A DNA stretch of 64,000 nt from Octopus sinensis (lineage: Eukaryota): positions 236,012 to 300,011 of the forward strand of contig NW_021831041.1 in assembly GCF_006345805.1 (NCBI RefSeq), read 5' to 3'. Within the stretch, counting starts at the first letter, position 1; each line of letters opens with the position of its first letter. The translations under genes and the position numbers were made by a program. Below are positions 25,091-37,364 of the stretch, in pieces. The notes beneath the pieces were generated by a model. That model was not told the DNA's origin, did not search any database, and saw only the letters and a program-made list of their open reading frames with translations.

Positions 25091-26682
25091 GTGCGGTCTG
25101 ATCTAATCATCTATCATACAATTATTTCGAAGGTATTAAGTTGCTTATTAACCAAGAAGGTTCAATGCGTGTTTTTCAAAGCTAAATGAATTGCGAAAAA
25201 ATTTATCTGCGTTACAGACTCATTTCACAACAAGTCAGAAATCGTGAATTCATTGTTAAATTCTGGTATAATATCACTGACATGAAAAATTCAGCCCCCA
25301 AAGGACTAAATTCTTCCCTGGCGTATGAGTTTTTGGCATTTTTGATCAGCTCGCAGATTTGGCAAGAGGGAATAAATCTGACTGTTTTTTTATTGTCCAA
25401 GAAGGTTACGGGTTATCTTTGTTCATGTTAATTTGATTAATTTTCGTAGTGGTTAATGAGAGTGTTCGCTTTTTCGAGTAATGTCTTGTCCGAAATAGTT
25501 ATGACAATTATATATTTTGTAATATATCCCTAGTCAAATAAAAGCTGCATAACTTGTCTTACAATGGGTCTTTTGATAATAAAAAAAGTGTTAATTTTAT
25601 GTAAAACGGTTTTTTGAAACTTTTCTTGTTTTACAAAATTTTAAACAAAGAACACGTCAAAGTTGTACAAAATAACCAGGAAAGTGAACACAAAAACTTA
25701 AACTGAAAACTTAATTTGAAATCTTGCATTTTAAAACACATAAATCAATGATATGATTAGAAATATTAATAAGTATTATTTTTAAATTTACGCAAATAAG
25801 ATGTATGCACTATACATAAATAAAACAAAGATACTTTTTGAACGTAGCAATCTTCTCCATCCCAACAACGAACTCCTCTTGTCCCACAAAACCATCGCGA
25901 TTAAGATCAAGCTCAATCAATATCTAAAAAACTCAGTTCATCAAAAAAACATTATCAACGACCCCCTCAATTTGCCTATCGGTGAGGGTTTGATCCCCAA
26001 GAAGTAACTCGATAGTCTTAGAAATGTCATTTCTTCCAATTTGCCCATCTTCATCAAAATCTGGACTAATTTATTGGCAAAAAACCATTTAAACGAAAAA
26101 TTAAATTGGCTTTGACCGACTGATCAGCCCTAGGTGACAGAAGAGAGTATAAATTGACATAATCATCAAAATCCATAAGAGATTTGTCTTCAGTAATGAC
26201 TTTGAAGATCCTCTCAACATAAGGATTAGACTGCCTTCAGAAAACGCGATACCTCAAACTCTGGCAGAGCAGCGAACTGTTCGAAGGTGATTGAGGGATT
26301 GCCAGTTTCTTCATTGATGACGACATCGTTTTTGCCAAATTTTTTAAAAAGACGTAAAATCTCTTCACGATGTAAATAGGTTAGTTCCTGGAGAATAGAA
26401 AAAAGGCAGGAACAGTGTATTCGTTCATTCTTTCCTCGGAAATAGTGCTTTGTTTATTGCCCATAAAATGCTTAGCAACGACCTGGTCAATCCAAATGGA
26501 TTAATTTAATAGTTCAAATTAAAAAATAAACAATTTTTTAAAGTATATTTTTAATTATAAAATTAGTCTTTGTACTTTTATAAATTTCATCGATTTCAGA
26601 TAGCTCTAGATCTACAAGATTGATTGATGGTATTTAAATAATAGCAAATATGCAATTTTTTATTTCTAAACATTATTTAATG

Positions 26683-27211
26683 CAGTGATTCTCAACCGTG
26701 GTGCATGGAAAAAAAATTGATACATGCTATTATTTTTATGTTGGGACATAATCCATCTGAAATTTTACAAGTAATGTGACCATTTTTATGTTCCTAGAAT
26801 TTACCTTTGAGTAATGATACGATTTCAAGATTGATTTCAGAAAATGAGAAATATTAAATTGGATTTTTGCTAAATTTAATGAAATTTCCTTTAAATTGCA
26901 GGGAAATTTTGTAACTATGTTTGACGTCAGAGTTACAATAATTGCATTTATTGAGCGATCAACGTAACAAGCTTGATACCTGCTCGCGAGCAGATGTTAG
27001 ATTATTTTTAATACGCTTAAACACTGATATTCAGAAACTATTTAAAATGCATGAAAACGAAGGCTCCCATTAAATACTTAGAAAAATATTTTAAGTCTCT
27101 AAATTTAATTAAAAGAAATAAATAAGTCTGTTTTTTTGGTACACGAAATAACTTGGTTTCGTACATTGACTTTTCTTTTTGGGACACCAAAAAAAAGGTT
27201 GAGAATCACTG
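26683..27211 (+). mobile_element. Non-autonomous hAT/Buster element (529 bp)
   Basis: TIRs CAGTGATTCTCAACC, 8-bp TSD ATTTAATG (26675-82 / 27212-19) and a remnant transposase C-terminus RNKLDTCSRADVRLFL..EGSH*. Confidence 0.93.
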
Positions 27212-27520
27212 ATTTAATGGTTATAACCCTTGTTTACAAAAACATCTATCAACAAATCCAAAAAAATCAAAAATGTCCAAAAATTTATCCTTAAAAAATA
27301 ATTAAAAATTCTTTGTAAATATCATTTCAATCTGAGTTGAAAAACCTGGTGAATCAAATAATAGCTTATTTATTCGAATTTTTAAAAATTTTTTGTTATT
27401 GAAATAGTCTCGTCCATTATTCGTTGGTAAAAATGCTGAACTAATAAAAAGATAAATTATGTGTATATAACGATCCTTTACACTTTCGCGAAATGATTTT
27501 TTCTTCCAATAAATAAAAAA

Positions 27521-28059
27521 ATGAATTATTTGGTCAATTTTATTAGTTTCCTATGGATTATTTACTTAATCTATGACAAAATAAAGCAGGAAATTGTTTC
27601 AATCGAGATGGGTATTATATCACAAGACCGGCTCAAACAAGTCGAAATCGACAATTTCCACAAATATGATTTACTGGCAAATGAACTTTTGATACTCTAT
27701 GAAGCGCAGGTAAAAAATATTCCGGTGGTTCTGACGTGGGACAGAAATGTCTCCAAATGATCTAAATATTATATGGATAAAATAATCATTGAAAAAGCAA
27801 CGAGAACCTACATCCAATCCGTTGTACTAAAAAGAATTCTCGAAAGTATGTTAACTGAACACAAGCATTGGATGAGGGTATCTGGTGACGAATACGCCTC
27901 TGCTACCGACCAAATGTGAAACCGGCATGCTGTCGGGACACGTCAATTAAAGCTATAACAACTTTGTCTGATGGAGAGATAGAGAGGGAGGAGAGCGAGG
28001 AACTAGCAGCAAATTCTCCCCCTAAAAAGAAGAGAAAGATCTTCAACAATAAGGAGTGA
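27521..28059 (+). pseudogene. Disrupted copy of an orphan ORF family with a C-terminal NLS
   Basis: One in-frame TGA (27758-60) and a 1-nt frameshift near 27915. IQSVVLKRILESMLTEHKHWMRVSGDEYASA aligns with QSVLLKRTLESMMIEHKRGMKVSGEDYASA at 52.2 kb. Ends PPKKKRKIFNNKE*. Confidence 0.65.
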
Positions 28060-28205
28060 AAACCTTAACTAAATAGTGTAACCTAATTAGTATTTGTCTA
28101 TTTTTTTTATAAATGATTTATTTAATTGTAATTCGATCTATCTGAGTTATTCTCAAATTGTAATTAGAATAGAAGTTTCCATAGTGAGAAGAAGAAATAT
28201 CTAAA

Positions 28206-30242
28206 ATGGAAATAACATATGTCTACACCAAGACACGAGCTGAATTCGGGAAACAGTGTATATTTACAGACAAGAACCCGGAATTGATTGTCGACATTAA
28301 ACCTAAACCAGAAGACAAAGAAAACTTCATAGAATTCAACTATTGCGATAAAGAAGTGAACCATATTCCAGAAATATCAGAACACGAAGTATATTTTGCT
28401 ATTTTTACTGATTTGAAATATTTATTCAAAACAAATCATTTAGGTTAATACCGAGTCGTTCAGGACGAATAACACCGGAATTAATCACGTTGAGGGTGGC
28501 TGGCCAAAGGACATCAATTGTGAGGATGTCGACCAAATACAACGATTTAGAAAAAAGGTTGAGAAAGACGACGTTTATATTACATCAGTCCGCAACCTTT
28601 CAATTGTATAGTTCTGATTTGAACGTATAGATTATTGAACGACAAATAATGAGAAACAATGCCATCGACATTTACGAAGAATATTTTGATGAGTTTGATG
28701 GCGATTCTTTCGACGCTCAGCCAGCCGCCAAAATAACAAACTATTTTCGAGATCCCAATGGAAAGGACCGAGTCGTATCCTCAATTTCCTGGAATCCCAC
28801 CGATTCTAAAAAAATCGTTGCTGCGTATAGTTTTTTGAGCCCTTCATTTACTGCCCCAGTTGCCAATTACGACTCATACGTCTGGGATTTATGTTTTTTT
28901 ATGTTTTTATTAGATTAGCTTTTCCTAACAACCCGGAGTTTATTCTCCATACAATATCTCCAATTTTGACGAGTTCCTACTCCCCAAAAGACTCACACGT
29001 GATTCTCGGAGGTTGTTATAACGGACAGATTGGTTGTTTATTAAATTGACATTAACTAGGATTTTGGGATACCCGAAAAGGGACAACTGCTGTGGACTAT
29101 ACACGGGTAGAAGTGTCGCACAAGGATCCAGTCTATGGGGCAATCTGGATAAATTCAAAATCCGGAAGCGAGTTTTTCACAGCTTCCACGGATGGATGTG
29201 TTTATTGGTGGGACACAAGAAAACTAACGGACCCCGTGGATATAATATATCTTGACACTACTAAAAAACAAGACCCGACGAAAGCTATAGGAGCCACCTG
29301 CCTGGAATATGAACCGACTATTGTATAATTTATAAACATTTCAGCCAACTAAATTTATGGCGGGTTCTGAGATGGGTTCAGTAATTCTCTGCAATCGGAA
29401 AGGGAAGACAAACGCAGAAAAAGTCGTCTCCGTGTTTAATGGACATAAGGGACCGATTTATTCAGTGAAAAGAAATCCGTTCTATCCCAAACAATTCCTC
29501 ACTGTGGGCGATTGGACTGCAAGGGTAAAATTCTGAATTGGTTAGATGGCAGATATGGTCAGAGGATATCAAGGATTCATCGATCATGTGGACTCAGTAT
29601 GAATCTAATTAATATGTTAGTAATCACATGAACTTCCTGACAGACGCCGCATGGAGTCCTACAAGACCGGGAGTTTTCTTTACAACGAGAGTGGACGGTG
29701 TCCTTGATGTTTGGGATCTTTGTTTTAATCATTCCAATTGTGCTTTATCCATCAAAGTTTTATTTTTACAACAATTTAAAGCTGGACGAGTCGGCTCTGC
29801 ATAGTTTACAAATAAACGAAACAGGGAAATGTGCTGTTTCAGGATCGGCTTCGGGAAATATAGCATTTTTGGAGTTTTCAGATTCAATCTACGCACTCCA
29901 AAAATCAGAAAAAAATACAGTTTCATCCGTAATCATTGTTTGAACCCAATCCCGGTAGATATTTGAACGGGAGACAAAACGCATGAAAATATATGAATCC
30001 CGGCAAAAAGAACTGAGATTCCGTGCCAAGTCACCTCATTCGACTAATCCAGTACATATTTAAATTTTAGTATTTGATAGGATGAGGATATGGCTCAAAA
30101 TGATGAAGCTGAAGAAATCGACGTGAAAGGCGAATTTTTCAAGTTTATAGAATCTGAAAAAAAAATTCGGAACGAAATTGAATCCAAAAAACCACCAAAA
30201 ATTCGATTTTCCATGGTTTTTAGGTATAGGCGTCATTGTTAG
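28206..30242 (+). CDS. DNAI2: Axonemal dynein intermediate chain 2 (WD40)
   Basis: [85 protein letters not shown] and [11 protein letters not shown]. The 3' end is approximate. Confidence 0.92.
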
Positions 30243-30797
30243 CACACCAATGGGGGCACCAGTACTCGGCCTAGTCAATTCTCAATTGGAGAAAATCACG
30301 AAAATAATCCTTAAATAATTAATTCAAATTAATTACTATTAACACTAGTAATTTAAAATTAAACCGAATTTAAACACATACACTCTGACGTTGTTATGAC
30401 TCACAACGTGGCTTAAAAACTGCAATTGTATCAATGAGTCATCTCTTTTCCTAAAATTGTTTTTTCTCTTTGATTTGCTGTTATTGTTCTAAAAAGTTCG
30501 TAATAATCGATAAATAATTTGGGTGTCTGCCTTGATACTGTTTCTTTGATTTTACTAATAACTTTCAGCCGGTCTTTAATTTCTGGTAATCTGGCCTATT
30601 ATAAAAAGTTGTTTCTTCTTCAATTACTTTTTGTTAAAAAACTTCATCGAATTCCTCTGCATATTAATTTTTTTCGGATATTTGGAAGATATTGTGGATT
30701 TTTAATTCTTTCAGAATTTATCTCTGGTACAATCCCACCTTTCGCAAGGGATTTACTTTTTATGTCAACCTGACGGCTCTAAACAAATGTGATGGTG

Positions 30798-30955
30798 GAA
30801 TACGGCCCAATGCTGTTGGGAGCGTCTTTTGAGGCCTGGCGGACAAAATTATTTGCCGTTCGGTTCTTCCCGAAGCAAGTATACTTTTAATACCGACCCA
30901 ACTGGGTGTGGGTGTGAATGGAGCCTGCGAAGTACCCGCTCATAGCATATGGCAG
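30798..30955 (+). mobile_element. CRE-clade RT fragment
   Basis: GIRPNAVGSVF*GLADKIICR..PTQLGVGVNGACEVPAHSI. Confidence 0.75.
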
Positions 30956-31889
30956 TTGCCTTTTTCGGAAAATAATAAAATCCCCTTCTTCCTTATAACT
31001 TGATGTCAAAAACGACTTCAATTAATTCCTTTTCCTGAACAGTGTGCGTTGTCGGAATATGCTGCAGGTGCCAACGAATGGATTTCTCGTAGATTTCTCA
31101 TTGAACTAACATAAGGTGCACTTGTAACTGAAAAATTCTGAAACTATGCAGGTTCGCTTAACATCAGTGACAGAACACATATATACATACAATTTCTTAC
31201 AAAAACAGAGTTGAACCGTGGGAAGGAGTCTTGAACTAGACAAAAAATATATGATTATCAAATAAGTGTGGCTAAAACATTGCCAGTGCCTGTCAGCACC
31301 TCGAAAGGAAAGAAGCGTGTTTGCCTACATAAATCACTTTGCAAATAGAAGAAATAACGACAAGATAAAAAAGATTATTTAGTTAATTGGCACGGATTAA
31401 ATAATGCCCCAAGTTTGATAATACCCCCATAAAATGTACTAAAATCAAATTAAAATAACCTGATAATTAATAAAAAAATCTGATAATGGAACTAAGTCGA
31501 TTTATTCTATTTTGGTAACCAAATTGATGCATTTAGGCTGCAGACAAACATATTATTATTATTAACCCCCAAGCTTGCATAGCAAACCCAGCACAAACAG
31601 TCATAGCTAAATAATCGAATGAAGAAGCCAAAGAAGAAGGAACTGTCCGTGCTGATCAGTATTAGCCTCCAAATCTTCAATACAGCCTTCCGGATCCACA
31701 AAAGGTGGAAAATATCTGGTTCGCCCAGTTCTCATTTGTCAGCCTCCTACTGTCGCTCATCGCACGTCATTTGTTTTCGGAAGGGTTTTACATGATTAAG
31801 ATTTTTTCATTGATAATATGATCAGACAAACATAGGTAAAAGATAGTTTATTTATGATACGTATTTAAAAATAAACAAAACAAAAGGCA

Positions 31890-32040
31890 ATCAGGGACGA
31901 TCCGCAGATAGAATTGAGAAACTGTTCCCCCTGAGAACGGCTATTGAGACACGCTCAAAGAGCCGGCTAAGCTCTAGGGGGTTGTTTCTAATTCTTCCGA
32001 GGTGGCGGCCTCTCTTGGTGAGAAAACAAAGAGTTGATGG
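31890..32040 (-). mobile_element. CRE-clade 3'-terminal fragment
   Basis: LFERVSIAVLRGNSFSILSADRP* matches the C-terminus of the other CRE copies. Confidence 0.7.
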
Positions 32041-32115
32041 TCGAAGCGTTTATATATAATAGTTCTAATAAATTTTTTGTCCTATTTAAATAATTAGATA
32101 AATATATATCACGTG

Positions 32116-33189
32116 ATGGGCATTAGATACTACACCGCACGTTTATTCAATAATTTTCTGAGAAATCTCTCCAATGATTCCCGAGCAATTGTTTACCATT
32201 CGAGAGGTGACCCCATCAAAGTTACTCAAATCGATAAAATAACTCTTCCACAAATTGCTCCTGATGAACTCCGTCTGAGAGTGTTGATGGCACCAATCAA
32301 CCCCTCGGATATAAACATGATTCAGGGACGCTACGGATATCTTCCCTCCCTTCCGGCGGTGGGCGGAAATGAGTGTGTTGCCGAGATCCAACAGATTGGA
32401 TCGAATGTAAAAAATTTTAAAATCGGAGACCGAGTCTTTCCTGCTGAGCCAGGGAATGGGACGTGGTGTGAAAATTGTAATGTAAAGGCCAATGAAATGA
32501 TCAAACTTCCTGTCGACGTTCCTTCTGTAGTTGGGGCGTCTATTGTTGTGAATCCATGCAGTGCGTATAGAATGGTCAAGGACTACGGAGCACAACCAGG
32601 GGACTATATCATCCAAAATGGAGCAACCTCCGGAGTGGGAGAGGCTGTTATTCAGTTTGCCAAGATATTCGGAATTCGAACCATTAATGTTGTCCGAGAA
32701 TCCACTTCTGATGACATTAAGCAGTATCTAACTGATTTGGGTGCCGATTATGTAATCACCGACAAGTTTCTCCAGTCGGCAAGTATGAAGAATCTTATCA
32801 AAGATGTTGGAGCACCCAAATTGGCCCTGAATTGTGTCGGGGGGCAGTCGGCCACTGAATTGTTTCGTAATTTGGGTCAAGATGGAGTTATGGTCACTTT
32901 TGGTGCCATGGCACGGGATCCTCCAAAAATTCCAATGGGGAAATTCATCTTTCTCAATTTGAAGATTGTCGGCTTTTGGCTGACTCAGTGGAAAGCCAAG
33001 AATTCAAATAACGAGGCTTATCAGCTTATGTTAGATGATATTTTCAAGTTCTCCGTTGAAGGCAAGTTCAAGGCTCCTAGATTTAAGTTTTTCGATTTCG
33101 ACGATTTCAAGACTCCTCTTGAGCAGATTGCAGCTCCTGGCGTCTCTAAAGGCAAGTCTATGCTTGTCATGGATCGTTCGTACATTTAG
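32116..33189 (+). CDS. MECR: Mitochondrial trans-2-enoyl-ACP/CoA reductase (MDR family), intronless
   Basis: MAPINPSDINMIQGRY, LPAVGGNECV, VNPCSAYRM, IIQNGATSGVGEAVIQ and LALNCVGGQSA. Uninterrupted 357-aa ORF. Confidence 0.95.
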   Translation: MGIRYYTARLFNNFLRNLSNDSRAIVYHSRGDPIKVTQIDKITLPQIAPDELRLRVLMAPINPSDINMIQGRYGYLPSLPAVGGNECVAEIQQIGSNVKNFKIGDRVFPAEPGNGTWCENCNVKANEMIKLPVDVPSVVGASIVVNPCSAYRMVKDYGAQPGDYIIQNGATSGVGEAVIQFAKIFGIRTINVVRESTSDDIKQYLTDLGADYVITDKFLQSASMKNLIKDVGAPKLALNCVGGQSATELFRNLGQDGVMVTFGAMARDPPKIPMGKFIFLNLKIVGFWLTQWKAKNSNNEAYQLMLDDIFKFSVEGKFKAPRFKFFDFDDFKTPLEQIAAPGVSKGKSMLVMDRSYI

Positions 33190-33810
33190 AATTGTTTCTT
33201 TTTTACGGACTTTTTGTTTTTATTTTTTAGATATTGAAAATTAAATGGGTTTCTCTTATTTATAAATGAACAAAAATAATTAGTTTTATAAAAAAATTAT
33301 GTCGTTTATAGCTAATATAATTGATTCGATTTTTGATTTCTAAAATTTTGGTCTGAAGTTTTCTTTGATTTTATTTGGTCAGCTTTGATCAATCTTTTCA
33401 ATGTTTATTATAAACGAGTGTCGATAACCCTGAAAGTTGCAATCACCATTGTTAAATTTTTGGAACCACTGTGAAAAAATGTATTTTAGTCGATTTTAAA
33501 TAATAGATATTATTGAAGGTTCCATGCATCGAATATGCAAACCAGATTGACAAGTGACGCCGTCATCAGTGAGTGATCTCACTGAGGAACCTGATGTCTT
33601 CATCGGCCACACTACAAAAAAAGGGGGACAGGATGGACCAGAGACATGTGTCTTCGTTTGGATTAGTTAGTTTGTTGGTAACATTTTCTCATTCTGTCTT
33701 GGTCTTTATAAAAAAAATAAAAAAATGAAAAATAAAGTGTGGCCGGCCTAAGCGAGATGTCAACATGTCGTTTACAACTTGCGGTAGGGCTATTTACGAT
33801 ATTGATATTA

Positions 33811-34717
33811 TGTCACATGGGTGATCAGACCCCTATGGGCAACCTGGCCTTTACGTGTTTCCATGGCAACTACATAGCAAATATTTACTAAAAGGCCAAC
33901 TAAAATAAAGGCAATCGATCCGAACTAATGATTGAACTTTAAATTTTTGAGAAAATGATGTTTTATATTTGAACCATGCTTGCTTTAAAATAATAAAATT
34001 CTTTACAACATTAGCAAATTATAACGTGAATTATTTTTATTTTTGATAATATAAATTGCAACATTAGCAAATTATAATTTACATCAAATTTTTTGCAAAG
34101 TTTGTAACAACTTTAACTCTAACCTTAACCCAAACCCTAACGTTGGCAAGTGCCAACATAAATATTCAAAATCTAAACCTAACCTTAACCCAAACCCTAA
34201 CGTTGGCAAGTGACAACATAAAATTCAAAATCTAAACCCTAACCTTAACCCAAACCCTAACGTTGGCAGTGACAACATAAATATTCAAAATCTAACCCTG
34301 ACCTTAACCCAAACCCTAACTCGAAATTAAATGATGTTTCTGCTGACGATTCTTCAGACATTTTTTACAAAAATTGGAAGCCTTTTTGGCCAACCGGTGT
34401 TTGCTTCGAGCATTCATATCCTCCGGGAATATCCCGATTAACGCTTCCTTAATTTGATTGTATTCGTTAATATTTCTGACGTAACCCTTAAACCCAGACA
34501 TCACAAAGTGTGAGTAACCACGCTGTTAAAATTAATATACTTTTGGGTAAGCCATTTTTAAAAGATAATTCAAATGTAATTTTAAATTAGAATAATTGAT
34601 TAATCTACACTCTTCCATATATAAATTGCTATATTCAATATTTAATACCTTCTGCGGTTTCCATAGAAACACGTAAAAGGACTGGCTGCCCATAGCGACA
34701 TAGTCGCCCATGTGACA
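33811..34717. mobile_element. Non-autonomous Ginger-like (TGT..ACA) TIR element
   Basis: Termini TGTCACATGGG / CCCATGTGACA, ~60-bp imperfect TIRs and 5-bp TSD TATTA (33806-10 / 34718-22). Internal minus-strand remnant EYNQIKEALIGIFPEDMNARSKHRLAKKASNF resembles the N-terminus of integrase-type transposases. Confidence 0.8.
34119..34320 (+). repeat. ~60-bp tandem repeat (about 3.4 copies) with telomere-like CCCTAA hexamers
   Basis: Unit CTAACCTTAACCCAAACCCTAACGTTGGCAAGTGCCAACATAAATATTCAAAATCTAAAC, visible as near-identical successive 60-nt lines. Confidence 0.95.
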
Positions 34718-35625
34718 TATTAATACCTGTTCCAATTTTAAACTGGAAAAATATTAGAATTGAATTATTATGCCATATCTTCGATCATTACTAAAAAATT
34801 TTAAATTGATTACCTAAATTTCATTATTATTTCATTTATTTTCAATACAATCATAAGCTTTTCTCAAATTCACTCCAAGAGAAAAACATAGAGACTGCTA
34901 ATCGCCAAAATTTTCATGTGTTTCAATTATTATTTTTTGTATCGTCACAGTATTTGCGATATATTGTTTTTCAGTCATCTAAAACAATTTTCGATGTATT
35001 TTGACGAAAAATTTTTTATATGCAACATTGACTTTCGTAATTACAAATTATAAGTTTGTATGTGACATTTTAAGGAGGTATTTTGGTCTTGACATCCAAT
35101 ATTTCGCTGTGGACGTTCTAATTCTTTCATTGTCTTACTTATTTTTGGAAATTTTACATATAGTGGATAATAAAAAATCTTTCTTTTAATTTACAAAAAT
35201 TTTGGGAAAACTTCTAAAGAATGGTTCTGTTCATTATCTGAGAGACCGCTTGATGGTGCCTTTTTAATCTATTAAAATAATATTTTTTTAATTCTCAAAT
35301 AAAAAATTTTGCGATCAAAAAATTAAGAATTTAAAGCCACGGATGAACGTTCCATTTATTATTTTTAGTGTAAATAAGAAATCCTTTGATAGTAAAAAAC
35401 ATGTACGCCCAATTTTTTACCATCTTTATCTATTTATATTAAATTGTGTCTTTACCCTTTTACTTCCTCTGGCAAATCTGAGACATAAGTTATCTTTGGT
35501 GATACAAATTTTTCGAATTTCCTCAAAAGTGTAATTCCAAAGAATCATCTCGTTGTTTAATTTAAATGAAATTCCATTATTTCGACTAACCACAAGCCTT
35601 CCAACTCTATTCTCAGTCCAAATTT

Positions 35626-36705
35626 CTATTCGTGAATATAACCAATAAATCTACCCCAGCAATAAGAATATTCCATATTTATAGCCCCAGTAACCGCCTT
35701 TATAAAACCAGAAATTATTTGTTTTTTCTCATTCGCATCGATCGCTAGTAATTCGGTGCGCTTTATTCCCAAGATTGAAGCTTGCTTCATCACAATGCAC
35801 AAAGAGCTAGACCGTTTAGATGTTAAACTGAATTTGTAATTGTGAATATACCTGCAATTGATAACAGAGTTACAATTTGTAATCTCATTTGATAAATCTT
35901 CAATCTTATGAATGTTGTCGTTAACGTAAACATTTTTATCTGTGACCACAAAAGAAACAGGTTTCTTAACCACTCCAGCGGGGGTGGCCACTTTCATGTA
36001 AAGCCACGTGAGAATATATATTGAAGAGTTGTGAGATAATTGGTTTTTTGAAGACTCGATGGAACATATTTTATTATAGAGTTGTGTTTTCGAAGACTCA
36101 AAAATGATTCCATGTACCCATTTCGTACAAACTATGGCAAAAGGAAATTTTATCGTAAGATTTTTTTTTGATTGGGAACTTTCAATAACCAAAACGTTGT
36201 CGTGATGGTCAATCACTCGGCACCCAGATAAAGATATTGAAAATTCATTATTTTTCGCGACTGGAAATTGAGATAAATTCCAGAACAAAACGTTGAAAGC
36301 GCGATTTCTTTTTTCCCAGTTCAAATATCTTATGCTCATCACATCAATAATCACAAATGTTTTGCAAGCTTTAATGCAGGAAACGGCATCACTGTGGATG
36401 CTGTCCTCGATATTGTTTCCATTTACGGAAAGAATCACATCACCAACTTGTAGTTCTCCTTTTTTTGCAAAGACGCTATTTTTGAAAATTTGGGTGACGA
36501 TGAGCGGGAAATTTGATTTCGAGCCTCCCTTCACGACAATTCCCAATCCATAAAATTTGTCAGGGATAGCGTAAATTTTGCGAATAATAGGTCTGCTCTT
36601 TTTGCAAGTCCATTGTAGAGATAATGTCGAATCATGTAACTCGGCATAAGAAATTGTCGACTTTGGAAACGCAGACACGATAACTTTACTTTTTAGACAA
36701 GTCAT
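35626..36705 (-). CDS. Divergent syntrophin-like PDZ/PH adaptor, intronless
   Basis: PDZ: YGLGIVVKGGSKSNFPLIVTQIFKNSVFAKKGELQVGDVILSVNG..HSDAVSCIK, flanked by split-PH-like segments ending in KW and WL motifs. 359-aa uninterrupted ORF. Confidence 0.72.
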   Translation of the reverse strand: MTCLKSKVIVSAFPKSTISYAELHDSTLSLQWTCKKSRPIIRKIYAIPDKFYGLGIVVKGGSKSNFPLIVTQIFKNSVFAKKGELQVGDVILSVNGNNIEDSIHSDAVSCIKACKTFVIIDVMSIRYLNWEKRNRAFNVLFWNLSQFPVAKNNEFSISLSGCRVIDHHDNVLVIESSQSKKNLTIKFPFAIVCTKWVHGIIFESSKTQLYNKICSIESSKNQLSHNSSIYILTWLYMKVATPAGVVKKPVSFVVTDKNVYVNDNIHKIEDLSNEITNCNSVINCRYIHNYKFSLTSKRSSSLCIVMKQASILGIKRTELLAIDANEKKQIISGFIKAVTGAINMEYSYCWGRFIGYIHE

Positions 36706-37364
36706 GTTTTACGATAAAATTCAACAGACGCATTTAAATATGCGAAAAATTAAATCAATGGCGATTAACATTGAATAACGTTTTTCATCTAAAGAATGTG
36801 ATTAGAGAATTACAACAGAACATTAATGGGAATCATGATTCTTTAGAACTGCGACATTATTTTTAAACTCGACATTTTTTGATTTTACAATCAATTACCT
36901 TTATAATAACCACAAATAATTTAGTGAGACCATTTACTACATTTTAAATACAATTTATTGATCAAAGAGTATTTATAGCAATCTTTCAAGGTAACTCGCT
37001 TGCTATCCGCGGTGTGGCCACTGGCGAATCCTAATTTCGATAAACACACTTCAATAAAACAGAACCTACATCAGTATAAATTACAATTTTTAAATTACGA
37101 AATAGTTTGTAGACGATATTTATCACGTGATTTAGAAATTAATGAAATAATCTCGAAAAGCTCATATTTTTCTTATTTTATTAGATAATAGTTCCTACCA
37201 TTTGATCAGGCTCTGATGACCTTTGAATGAAATTAAAACATTGAGTCATATTTACACAGAAATATGTTTATGCTATTTTATAAGTGCATATTTACAAATC
37301 CATCTAGTTGCTGAAAATTTTAAATGTTAGCAAACATTATATTAGATTAGATTTAAACAATTAA

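Noticed and set aside
611-30242. Alternative genetic code explaining the many short ORFs
   Set aside because: Internal stops fall inside removable GT-AG nano-introns. Spliced models close in frame and end in TAA or TAG.
31500-31760. Small membrane protein gene (Asterix-like?) on the minus strand
   Set aside because: A spliced model is possible but lacks the conserved Asterix motifs, so support is insufficient.
1806-33189. Operon-like cluster of mitochondrial genes (COQ6, MFN, MTG2, MECR)
   Set aside because: The genes are on mixed strands, kilobases apart and interleaved with unrelated genes, with no evidence of co-transcription.
34119-34320. Telomere, or CRISPR-like array
   Set aside because: It is a fixed 60-bp tandem unit with no unique spacers, inside a TIR element with a TSD. 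The hexamers are degenerate, and there are no cas genes in this eukaryotic DNA.
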